64,000 nt of DNA. Source: Dehalococcoidia bacterium. GTDB lineage: Bacteria > Chloroflexota > Dehalococcoidia > Bin125. The DNA is taken from NCBI GenBank assembly GCA_963663235.2, contig CAXXNO010000012.1, positions 192,001 to 256,000 on the forward strand, written 5' to 3'. Under the pieces are notes generated by a model. The model saw nothing but the letters and a program-made list of their open reading frames with translations, made no database searches and was not told the DNA's origin. Made by a program: the position numbers and the translations under genes. Below, one piece after another: positions 9,873 to 18,204 of this stretch (positions are counted from its first letter, which is position 1; every line of letters starts with the position of its first letter).

Positions 9873-10682
9873 GTGACCAAACGCATCAAAGTCGTCGCCT
9901 GCACGGGCGAGGAGAACACGGCAAAGTACCAGATCCCTCAGGAGATCATCAGTCCGGGCTTCGAGGTGGACTTCGAGACCACGCGCTTCCCGGTTTGGCC
10001 GGACAACTATGTTGACTACCACCTGGTGCAGCTGACGATTCTGGAGGCCGGCATGCGGGCGGAGAGGGAGGGCTTCGACGCCGTCTTCGTCTGCGACAGC
10101 ACGGACCTGGGCCTGGCCGAGCTGCGCAGCGCGCTCACGATCCCGGTGGTGGGCGGTGGGAGCGCCACGCTGTACGTCGCCGCGTCATTGGGACGGAAGT
10201 TCTCGATCGTGACCGTCTGGCCGCGTGACGTCCGCTTCTGGTACGAGGACATGCTGCGCGAGAACGACCTGAGCCACAAGGTGGCTTCCATCCGGCACAT
10301 CACACTCTTCGACGAGTTGCAGACGCTGGGCTCGGAAGACAGTTGGCTGAAGCAGATGTGGAACCGCCAGGAGGAGTTCCTCGATCGAGTGGAGGAGCAG
10401 TGCCGGCTGGCGATCGAGGAGGACGGCGCGGACACCATCATGTTCGGTTGCACGTGCATGGCGGCGATCCGCGACGTGATCGCCGAGCGGCTACCGGTTC
10501 CCGTGCTGAGCCCCGTGCACACCGGCTACCAGTTCACCGAGATGCAGGTCAACCTGAATATCCCGCACAGCAAGAAAGCGTACGGCCAGACTGGGCCGGT
10601 GAGCCGCGACATGATCGTGCCGATGATGGAGGCCGCCGCATCGCGGCAGACGATCATGGAGTTCGCGCCATCCAGGAGTTAG
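9873..10682 (+). CDS. Asp/Glu/hydantoin racemase family protein
   Basis: GFDAVFVCDSTDLG, RKFSIVT, DGADTIMFGCTCM; GGAGGAG RBS. Confidence 0.85.
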   Translation: MTKRIKVVACTGEENTAKYQIPQEIISPGFEVDFETTRFPVWPDNYVDYHLVQLTILEAGMRAEREGFDAVFVCDSTDLGLAELRSALTIPVVGGGSATLYVAASLGRKFSIVTVWPRDVRFWYEDMLRENDLSHKVASIRHITLFDELQTLGSEDSWLKQMWNRQEEFLDRVEEQCRLAIEEDGADTIMFGCTCMAAIRDVIAERLPVPVLSPVHTGYQFTEMQVNLNIPHSKKAYGQTGPVSRDMIVPMMEAAASRQTIMEFAPSRS

Positions 10683-10811
10683 GACGCCGCCGGCTCGGGC
10701 CCGCCGCACAGGGTTGACAGGACTCAAGCCGGCGTCACCATGTGTAGCAACGCAGTCGATCGCCCGTCGAGCGACGCAAATCATCGACACCAACAAGGTA
10801 GGGAGAGAGTG

Positions 10812-11375
10812 ATGGCCTTACGTCGAGTGCCGCGCGAGGAGATGACCGAGCAAGAGAGGAAATGGCTCGACGACAGCAAGGCGTTGGGGCTAGACACGCG
10901 CTGGATCGAGTTCATCGCCAACGCGCCCCACGTGAGCCGGTTCCTCTGGGAGGACTTCTACCAGAAGCTCTTCTACAACGGCATCGTGCCGGTGCACATC
11001 AAGGAGTTGACGCAGCTCAAGCTATCCCATCTCCACGGCTGCGCGTTCTGAAACAAGGTGAATACCGTCTCGGCGAGACGGAACGGCGTCACCGACGAGC
11101 AGATCGAGGCCCTCGACACCTTTGAAACGGGGCCGTTCAGCGAACAAGAGAAGGTCGCCCTGCGGTTCGCGGGCAAGATGGCGCTCACGGAGCCGCACGG
11201 GGAGGTGGACGACAACCTGATGGCGCAGATGCAAGAGCACTTCAGCGACGCGCAGATCGCTGAGCTGGCAGTGGTCCTGTGCGTCGACGTGGGGTGGGCG
11301 AAGATGCTCTTCACCCTGGACTGGGCGGAGAAGGAGACCTCCTGCTACTACCGGCATCCGGCAGAGGCGGAGTAG
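10812..11375 (+). CDS. AhpD/carboxymuconolactone decarboxylase-like selenoprotein (CxxU; Sec at TGA 11049-11051)
   Basis: Track ORFs 10740-11051 and 11058-11375 are in frame, giving KELTQLKLSHLHGCAF-U-NKVN...FSEQEKVALRFA...HFSDAQIAEL; hairpin 13 nt after the TGA. Confidence 0.88.
11065..11081 (+). promoter_or_regulatory. Putative SECIS hairpin
   Basis: CCGTCTC-GGC-GAGACGG, 13 nt after TGA 11049-11051. Confidence 0.75.
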
Positions 11376-11497
11376 CGGGCGACCCCCGGCGCGTCCATTC
11401 GCCCGCCGATGGCTGGAGAGACTAGCACTTCGCCGGCCGCGAATCGGCGAGGGGGTCAGGAGTGGTCCGGGAAAGCGGCGGGGGCGCGGAGACGCGC

Positions 11498-11917
11498 CTA
11501 GCGAAGCTCGACGATTTCGATGGCGAAGGTGAGCGCCTGGCCCGCCAGGGGATGGTTGGCATCGAGGGTGATCGTGGCATCGTCGACGGCGGCGACGGTC
11601 ACGTCGCGTCCGCCGATCTCCACTCGGTCCCCGACGCTCAGGCCTTTCGGTCCCTGGTCGATCGGCAGTTTGATGACTCGCCGCTCATCGCGATCGCCGT
11701 ACGCCTGATCGGGATCAAAGCGAACCGTCTTGCTCTCGCCAAGCGCCATGCCCCGCACGGCGGCGTCGAACCCGGCGATGACCTCGCCCGCCCCGACCCG
11801 GAAGGAGAAGGGCTTGCCCCGCTGCCGCGAGGAATCGACGACGCGCCCGTCGTCCAGCGTGACAGTGTAGTGGACGACCACGGTGTCCCCGTCTTGGGCC
11901 GTTGCGTCCAGTGGCAT
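11498..11917 (-). CDS. FKBP-type peptidyl-prolyl isomerase (SlyD/SlpA-like, no His tail)
   Basis: VVVHYTVTLDDG, GEVIAGFD, AYGDRDE, LDANHPLAGQALTF. Confidence 0.92.
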   Translation of the reverse strand: MPLDATAQDGDTVVVHYTVTLDDGRVVDSSRQRGKPFSFRVGAGEVIAGFDAAVRGMALGESKTVRFDPDQAYGDRDERRVIKLPIDQGPKGLSVGDRVEIGGRDVTVAAVDDATITLDANHPLAGQALTFAIEIVELR

Positions 11918-11927
11918 CGGGCGTCGC

Positions 11928-12380
11928 TCAGCGGCGGAGGATCTCGAGGAGCTCGAGGACCGTCCCGTCCGGGTCCTTGAGACAGACGAAGCGTTCGCCC
12001 CCGGCCAGGTTGATGTTCTGCGGCTCGGAGAGGAACTGCACGCCCTTCGCCTTGAGATCCTCATAGACCTGGGGGAGATTCTCCGTCCGCAGGGCGATGC
12101 GGCTGGCGCCCGCGTGATGCAGATGCGGGTAGGCCTTCCCCTCCGTCTTGGGCGTGGTCCACTCGATAAGGTCGATGCGGGTCGCCCAGGGATCATTGCC
12201 GATGCGCAGGAGGCCCGCGCGAGCGACGCCCTCAGACATCCCCAACCCTTTGGCCAGCTCCGGCGTCAGCGCCGTCTCCGGCATATCCAGCACCACCTCA
12301 AAGCCCAGCAGCTTGTAGAACGCCAGGGAGCGCTCGAAGTCCGTGCAGTTGATGTTGATGTGGAACAGCCCTTTGATCAT
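11928..12380 (-). CDS. VOC/glyoxalase family protein
   Basis: HININCTDFERSLAFY, KDPDGTVLELLE. Confidence 0.88.
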   Translation of the reverse strand: MIKGLFHININCTDFERSLAFYKLLGFEVVLDMPETALTPELAKGLGMSEGVARAGLLRIGNDPWATRIDLIEWTTPKTEGKAYPHLHHAGASRIALRTENLPQVYEDLKAKGVQFLSEPQNINLAGGERFVCLKDPDGTVLELLEILRR

Positions 12381-12457
12381 CGTTTCCCCCCTGTGCAACG
12401 CCGATAGTGTACTGATACGAGGCCGAAATGGCTTCGCACACGGCCGGGCGGAACAGG

Positions 12458-13588
12458 TCAGGCGCGCATCGACTCGGGATCGATCCCGTGCTCCCGGCAC
12501 CACGCGCCATAAGCGATGGGCGAGATCTCAGACGGCTTGATCTCGCTGCGACCGCCCCAAAAGACATTGGTGTAGCCGACAGGGATGCCGGCTTCCTCCA
12601 GGTGCGCGTCGATGGCGGCCTTGTGCGCCAGCACCAAGTCCTTCTCCATGCCGTGCGCCACGCCCATGACGTTGACGTCGCGGAACTCCGGCCCGCCCTC
12701 GCGCCAGTAGGCGTGGGTCATGATGTGATGGCGGCCGACCTCCCGCCCGGCGTCGATCTCCCGGCCCGGTGGCACACGCCAGTGGAAGAGCGCATTGTAG
12801 CGGGTGACACGCTGGTCCCCGGCGACCGCCTTGGCATGCTCCAGGAACGTGGAGAAGCGCCCGATGATCTTGCGCCGATCGAGGGCCTCCGCCACCGCGC
12901 AGAACTCCTCCATGCTCATCCCCGCCTCGACGGCGCGGCGGCGCCACAGGTCCGGTTCGATCTCCTCCGGGCGAAATTCGCGCTTGAGCGTCTCCAGCGC
13001 CTGCCACTCGCGGTCGCTGAGCGTGGCGATCACCGTATCGAGAACCTCGGCGGGCTCCTCGCTGCGGCTTCCGGGCGCGAGCCCGCGCCGGCGCGTATGG
13101 CCCACACCCAAGGCGAACAGCCGTTTCGCCGGCATGGTCCGGTAGCCCTGGGCGCCAATCTCGGCCGCCAGGTAGTCGGCGTGCTTCCGCATCGAGAAGC
13201 CCTGGGGCACCTTGAGCGTGGTCCAGAGGCGGTAGGCCGATCCAGGCGTCTCCGCGTCGGTCGTGCGAATCACCACATGCCCGGAGAAGGGGTCCTGCTG
13301 GAACAGGTAGTCGAACGCGGCGGGGAGGCGGTCGGGCGGCACCTGCCAGGCGATCAGGGCCCCGTGCGCCAGGTTGGTCGATAGCAAGGTCTGGCGCACC
13401 CGACGGATGGTGCCGGCCTGCAACATCGCGCGGATGCGCTCGATCACGACCGGCAGCTCGACGCCCGAGCGGTGGGCGATCTCCGCCAGGGGATCGCGCT
13501 GGAAGCCTTGGAGGCGGTCTTCCGAAACCGAGAGGATGGCCACGTTGACGGGGTCATCAATGGTGACGGGGACCGTGGACAGCGGCAT
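12458..13588 (-). CDS. Single-chain AsnC-fold protein, siroheme decarboxylase (AhbA/B, NirDLGH)-like
   Basis: Two tandem HTH plus AsnC-like halves; THAYWR (HxYxR) motif in the C-terminal half. Confidence 0.7.
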   Translation of the reverse strand: MPLSTVPVTIDDPVNVAILSVSEDRLQGFQRDPLAEIAHRSGVELPVVIERIRAMLQAGTIRRVRQTLLSTNLAHGALIAWQVPPDRLPAAFDYLFQQDPFSGHVVIRTTDAETPGSAYRLWTTLKVPQGFSMRKHADYLAAEIGAQGYRTMPAKRLFALGVGHTRRRGLAPGSRSEEPAEVLDTVIATLSDREWQALETLKREFRPEEIEPDLWRRRAVEAGMSMEEFCAVAEALDRRKIIGRFSTFLEHAKAVAGDQRVTRYNALFHWRVPPGREIDAGREVGRHHIMTHAYWREGGPEFRDVNVMGVAHGMEKDLVLAHKAAIDAHLEEAGIPVGYTNVFWGGRSEIKPSEISPIAYGAWCREHGIDPESMRA

Positions 13589-13647
13589 GGACCGATGATG
13601 GCCGCCCGCGCTGCCGGACGCAAGCAAACCCGGCCGGGCCTCGCCGA

Positions 13648-14370
13648 TCACCCGCTCGACGACGGGCCGAACAGCAGCTGGACCCCATCGAGGTCCAGCA
13701 GACGGATGCGCCGGCGGCCCAGTTCCACCAGCCCCGCCTTGGCCATTTGATTGAGGGCCCGGCTGACGGACTCCCGCGTGGCGCCCACCATCTCCGCCAG
13801 ATCCTGCTGGGACAGATCGCGGACCGTCTGCGTCCGGGGATCACATTCCCGCAGCAGCACGGAAGCCAGCCGCGCCTCCAGCCGCTGATACGCCAGCGTC
13901 TCCAAGCGCACCTCGGCATCGCGGAGGCGGGCGGCCAAGTGCTCGATCACGCGGTCGGCGATGTCGGGGTGGTGGCGGAGCAGGCGCGATACATCGGCCC
14001 GGCTCATGGCGCAGACGAGGCTGTCTTAGGTCGCCTCAGCGAAACTGCCGGACATCCCCTGCCCTAAGACGGATATTTCCCCGAAAAAGGAGCCCGGCTT
14101 GACATCGCCGACGGTGAGTTTCTTGCCCTCCGTGTTGAGCCGGTAAAGCTGCACGTGCCCTTTCTTGAGAAGGAAGAGCACCTCATCTCCTCCTTGCGGC
14201 TCGTAGAGCACGCGGCCGGCGGGGCACGTGGTGAGGTTGGTCATCGCGTCGACCTCGGCCAGGGTGTCGTCGCCGAGATCACGGAACAATTCGTTCGCGG
14301 CAAGCAACGCCCGCTTCTCGGCCGCGGCCAGCTCCGGCCGTCCGCGCGCGCGGGAGAGCAGAGCCTTCAT
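13648..14370 (-). pseudogene. Crp/Fnr family regulator interrupted by an in-frame TAA (14026-14028)
   Basis: ...FFGEIS...SFAEAT*DSLVCAMSRAD...SQQDLAEMVGATRESVSR; both halves in one frame, with TAA where GAA is expected. Confidence 0.85.
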
Positions 14371-14642
14371 GTGGCCGACTGTTCCAGACGAGCCACGAGG
14401 GTGTCCAGCAGCGCCCGGCTGATCTGGGTCCGGGAGGGGGTGCCGAACTGGATCAGGCGGCCCTCCAGCAGGAAGGCCGGCACCGCGATGACGGTGTCGG
14501 GCGTCGGCTGTCCGGGCTCTAGGCGGTGGATCGTCACCCGGACCATGGGGAACCACTCTTGGACTTCGGCGGCGACGGCTTCCGCGGCATCGCAGCTGGG
14601 GCACTGATCGTCGAGATTGACGTCAAAGCTCAGGGTAGCCAT
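14367..14642 (-). CDS. Small thioredoxin-fold protein (CPSC)
   Basis: DDQCPSCDAA, IAVPAFLLEG, FGTPS; ATGA coupling to the Crp gene. Confidence 0.75.
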   Translation of the reverse strand: MATLSFDVNLDDQCPSCDAAEAVAAEVQEWFPMVRVTIHRLEPGQPTPDTVIAVPAFLLEGRLIQFGTPSRTQISRALLDTLVARLEQSAT

Positions 14643-14676
14643 GGCTCCAGCTTCGTGGACCTGCCCCGGTTCGTCG

Positions 14677-14691
14677 GTGACCGTGCTCACA
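14677..14691. promoter_or_regulatory. CRP-type binding site 1
   Basis: GTGA-CCGTGC-TCACA. Confidence 0.6.
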
Positions 14692-14753
14692 AAACAGGAA
14701 ACCGGGCCAGGTCCTATACTTCCCGCTGGGCTCGGCGGAATTTTTCCCCGAAA

Positions 14754-14767
14754 GTGATCGAGGTCAC
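14754..14767. promoter_or_regulatory. CRP-type binding site 2
   Basis: GTGA-TCGAGG-TCAC. Confidence 0.55.
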
Positions 14768-14852
14768 GGTGGCGGCAGCGGGCCACCCGTAGCCTCCCAC
14801 TAAGAGTCGCGTTCAAGCAGTCACAAAGCGATCGACGGAATGGGGAAATGGC

Positions 14853-15293
14853 ATGGGAAAGCACACGGCCCAGATCGACATCCAAGCCCCGGCGGACAAG
14901 GTGTGGGGAGTCATCACCAACGGGGAACGGCTGTCTGACTGGCTCAGCCCAGTCAGCAACGTGGAAGGGATTGAGCCGGCCGGCCCGCTGGCGGCCGGGA
15001 GCAAGCTGGAGGTCACCATCGGCAAGATCGGAGGAGCCAAGCTCAACATCAAAGAGGCGCAGCGCGGCCGGACGCTCCGCTGGAACGCGGGGCCGGCCAT
15101 GGCGCACATGATGCGCATGCCGATGAAGATCGAGCTGGACCTGCAGCCGCGGGGCGAGACCACCACGGCGACGATCACCTTCAAGACCAACCCGATGATC
15201 GCGCCCCTCATGAAGATGATGACCGGCCTCAACTTCAAGGAAGAGGCGCCGAATACGGTGCAGAAGCTGAAGGCCGCGGTGGAAAGCGCCTAG
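14853..15293 (+). CDS. SRPBCC (polyketide cyclase/START-like) family protein
   Basis: IDIQAPADKVWGVI...LSDW; C-terminal LKAAVES helix. Confidence 0.85.
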   Translation: MGKHTAQIDIQAPADKVWGVITNGERLSDWLSPVSNVEGIEPAGPLAAGSKLEVTIGKIGGAKLNIKEAQRGRTLRWNAGPAMAHMMRMPMKIELDLQPRGETTTATITFKTNPMIAPLMKMMTGLNFKEEAPNTVQKLKAAVESA

Positions 15294-15305
15294 CGGGAGC
15301 CTCCC

Positions 15306-15760
15306 ATGCCAGTGCGGAAGCTGATGCGGGATCCCGTCGCGGATCTCGAGCGTGTGGCCGACGAGGCGCTCGGCCCGCCGGTCGTTGAGCGGATCGAGAA
15401 AGAGTTGGGCGACGCCCGCTGTTGCCGCTGATCGCCTTAGGGATGGTCGGCGCCGGCGTGGTGCTCATCGTCGTTCTGACGATCATCGCCGGGACCCTTT
15501 CCGACAACTTCGGCGCCGGCGGGGACTCAGAGCTCGCCGCGAGGACGTTCAAGCCCTGGTTCCGCATCACCTTGCTCACCGGCGCTGGGATCATCCTGGC
15601 GGGCATCCTCACCATGCTGCTCGCCATCATCGTGCGGATCTGGTGGGTGACGTTTACCAACATCAACTACCTGCCGGTGATCGTGGACGCGCGCCGTCAG
15701 GCCGCGGGCCGGCCGGCCCGGTTCACGACCGACAACGCGACGCGGAACGGAGAGAACTGA
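15306..15760 (+). CDS. Hypothetical 2-TM membrane protein, apparently frameshifted near 15407
   Basis: GGAG RBS and ATG 15306 read MPVRK...KELG, and the hydrophobic body continues in the -1 frame (RRPLLPLIALG...); one extra G in TTGGGC restores the frame. Confidence 0.6.
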
Positions 15761-16443
15761 TGGCCGTACGCACCGCGATCAAGCCGTCCGAGGCGTTGAC
15801 GCAACGGGTCAACGCGAGGGTGGCGGCGTTGCCGCCCGTGCACATGACCGCCATGCAGACCATGGCCACCTTCCTGTGGCGGCCGCTGGCGCTGATGGGC
15901 ATCCTGATGCTCGCCTCCGGGGCGATCATCGCCGGGGTCAGCTCGTTCCGGGTGGACGAGTTCTTCGGGCTCGCGCAGCCGGACCTCGGCGCGGAGGCGA
16001 CGTTCACCAGCATCCAGACGTGGCTGCCCGGCTACCAGTTCATGGGCATGGGCTTCCTGTTTGCGGCCATCACCATGGTGGTGGCGTCGCTCCTGGGCCG
16101 GCTGCGGATCCTTGGCGGCACGGTGCAAACCTCGCTGGGAGCGCAGGTCAGGTTCCCGCCCTTCCCGATGACGGCACGGATCTTTCCGCTGCTGATGCTC
16201 CTCGGCTTGATGGTCTTCATGGCCCAGCTGGGCGTCAGCGCCTGGCTGGCCACGGAGGCGAAGAGCGGTGACCTGCTGACGGTGGCCACCCACGCGGACT
16301 GGCTGCAGGGCATGCGGATCGCCGGGGTGGGGATCATGCTCGCCGGCATCGCGCTGGCCCTCTTCACCATCACCGGCCTGATGCGCTTCATGGCGCGGCG
16401 CGTGAGCGAGGTGGCAATCCAGGCGATCGAGGCGGACTCGTAG
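15760..16443 (+). CDS. Hypothetical 4-TM membrane protein with internal repeat
   Basis: TGATG coupling; two W-x7-GxG-x2-[LF]A[GA]I units. Confidence 0.8.
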   Translation: MAVRTAIKPSEALTQRVNARVAALPPVHMTAMQTMATFLWRPLALMGILMLASGAIIAGVSSFRVDEFFGLAQPDLGAEATFTSIQTWLPGYQFMGMGFLFAAITMVVASLLGRLRILGGTVQTSLGAQVRFPPFPMTARIFPLLMLLGLMVFMAQLGVSAWLATEAKSGDLLTVATHADWLQGMRIAGVGIMLAGIALALFTITGLMRFMARRVSEVAIQAIEADS

Positions 16444-16472
16444 GACGGGATGCCTGGTTCCCTGGCAGCGGT

Positions 16473-16490
16473 GGCGTCGACCTCGACGCC
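16473..16490 (-). promoter_or_regulatory. Putative SECIS hairpin for the second Sec, in the 3' UTR
   Basis: GGCGTCG-AGGT-CGACGCC on the minus strand, 13 nt after TGA 16506-16504. Confidence 0.65.
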
Positions 16491-16491
16491 G

Positions 16492-16809
16492 TCAGCGATG
16501 CGCTCAGGTAGGTCCGTGCACGTGGGCGCGCATGGGCTCCACGTCGACGGCGAACCACTTGAAGAAGAGGAAACGATTCAGGCGCAGGTCAACGCCCTTG
16601 GCCCATTGCACGAGCCGGAACGACAGGAGGATCTGGAGGCCATCCTGCTGGACCACCTGATAGCGGGAGGTGTTCTTGCCCTTGAGGTAGGTGTCGACCG
16701 ACACCTCCGGCTTGCCGCCTCAGCCGATGGGTGGGATGAAGTCGATGGCCATCGTCCCACCTCGGCGTTGCACCTCGTCGATCACGTCCGTGGTCAAGGT
16801 GATCTGCAT
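16492..16809 (-). CDS. Small HesB/CC-Se-like selenoprotein with two candidate Sec residues (TGA 16720-16722 and 16504-16506), 105 aa
   Basis: GGAGG RBS; MQITLTT...IDFIPPIG-U-GGKPEVSVD...YQVVQQDGLQILL...AHVHGPT-U-AHR-stop; each TGA has a hairpin 13 nt downstream. Confidence 0.8.
16689..16706 (-). promoter_or_regulatory. Putative SECIS hairpin for the first Sec
   Basis: AGGTGTC-GGTC-GACACCT on the minus strand, 13 nt after TGA 16722-16720. Confidence 0.78.
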
Positions 16810-16973
16810 GAGTGCCTCCGCGCGCCCGCAGCGGCCGCCGTCTTGCCATACGCCCGCGGCGTGCCGGCGGATGTGGGCTGGGCTCCGGCCTAGATTATCA
16901 TCGGGATGGTTCAGTTTCGACGTGCGCGCTGAAGCGCGCACAGGCTCAGTGGAGGACGCGGAAGGGAGGACCT

Positions 16974-18182
16974 ATGGAACGAATACGAATGTACGGCGCC
17001 CCTTGGTGCCCGGACTGCCGCCGCGCCAAGGCGTTCTTGAGCGAGCATCGCGTGCCCTACGACTGGCTCGACGTCGATCACGACGCCGAGGCGCTGCGCT
17101 ACATCCAAGAGCTGCAGAACGGCGGCCGCAGCATCCCCATGCTGTTGTTCGAGGACGGCAGTTCTCTGGTGGAGCCGACCAACGAAGATCTTGCGCGCAA
17201 GTTGCATCTCAAGCTGGAAGCGGAGCGATCGTTCTACGACCTCGCCATCATCGGCGGCGGCCCCGCAGGGCTCGCCGCAGCCATCTACGCCGCCCGCGAG
17301 GGCATCGGCGCGATCGTCATCGATCGGAGTGCCCTGGGGGGCCAAGCAGGCGTGACCGATCGGATCGACAACTATCCGGGTTTCCCGGAGGGCATTGGCG
17401 GGGCCGAGCTGGCGGAGCGCTTCGTGCAGCAGGCTCGGCGCTACGGCGTCGAGTTGGTCTCAGCCGTCGGCGTGGATGAGGTCAGCACGGAGGAGCAGGA
17501 CGTGCTGCTGCGCCTCAGCAGCGGCCAGACGATCTGCACGCACGCGGCGATCGTGGCGACCGGATCAGTGTATCGGCGGCTGGGAGTGCCCGGCGAAGAG
17601 GATCTCATCGGCGCCGGGGTTCACTTCTGCGCAACCTGCGACGGGCCTTTCTACAAAGGGGCGGAGGAGTTGCTCGTGATCGGTGGGGGAAACTCCGGGA
17701 TGGAGGAAGGCTTGTTCCTCTCGCAGTTTGCGGAGCGGATCCGCGTGGTCGAGTCTTCGCCGGAACTCAAGGCGTCACAGCTGCTCCAAGACAAGGTCCG
17801 CGCCCACCCGAAGTTCAGCGTGCACACCAATACCCAGGTGATCGAGATCCGCGGCGAAAGGAAAGTGGAGGAGGTCGTGGCGCGGGATCGCGAGAGCGGC
17901 CAGGAGTTTCACTGGACTCCCAGCGCCGTGTTCGTCTTCATCGGCCTGACGCCCAACACAGACTTCGTGAAGGGCACGCTGGACCTGGACCAGTGGGGCT
18001 TCATCACCACGGACGACACCTTGCAGACGTCGATGCGAGGCGTCTTCGCGGCGGGCGACGTGCGGGCGGGCGCCACCAAGCAGCTCGGTTCCGCCGTCGG
18101 CGAAGGCATCACCGCGCTCCTGATGGTGCGCCAGTATCTCCAGCAGCGGACGCACCTCAGCGCCACGCCGGTCAACGCGTAA
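16974..18182 (+). CDS. Glutaredoxin-thioredoxin reductase fusion
   Basis: N-terminal YGAPWCPDC Grx domain, then IIGGGPAG, CATCDG, GGGNSG and GVFAAGD; GGAGG RBS. Confidence 0.92.
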   Translation: MERIRMYGAPWCPDCRRAKAFLSEHRVPYDWLDVDHDAEALRYIQELQNGGRSIPMLLFEDGSSLVEPTNEDLARKLHLKLEAERSFYDLAIIGGGPAGLAAAIYAAREGIGAIVIDRSALGGQAGVTDRIDNYPGFPEGIGGAELAERFVQQARRYGVELVSAVGVDEVSTEEQDVLLRLSSGQTICTHAAIVATGSVYRRLGVPGEEDLIGAGVHFCATCDGPFYKGAEELLVIGGGNSGMEEGLFLSQFAERIRVVESSPELKASQLLQDKVRAHPKFSVHTNTQVIEIRGERKVEEVVARDRESGQEFHWTPSAVFVFIGLTPNTDFVKGTLDLDQWGFITTDDTLQTSMRGVFAAGDVRAGATKQLGSAVGEGITALLMVRQYLQQRTHLSATPVNA

Positions 18183-18204
18183 GCAGCACGGCGCCCCGGA
18201 CACC

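Noticed and set aside
14026-14028. Recoding of the Crp internal stop
   Set aside because: The codon is TAA at a Glu position, so it is neither Sec nor Pyl.
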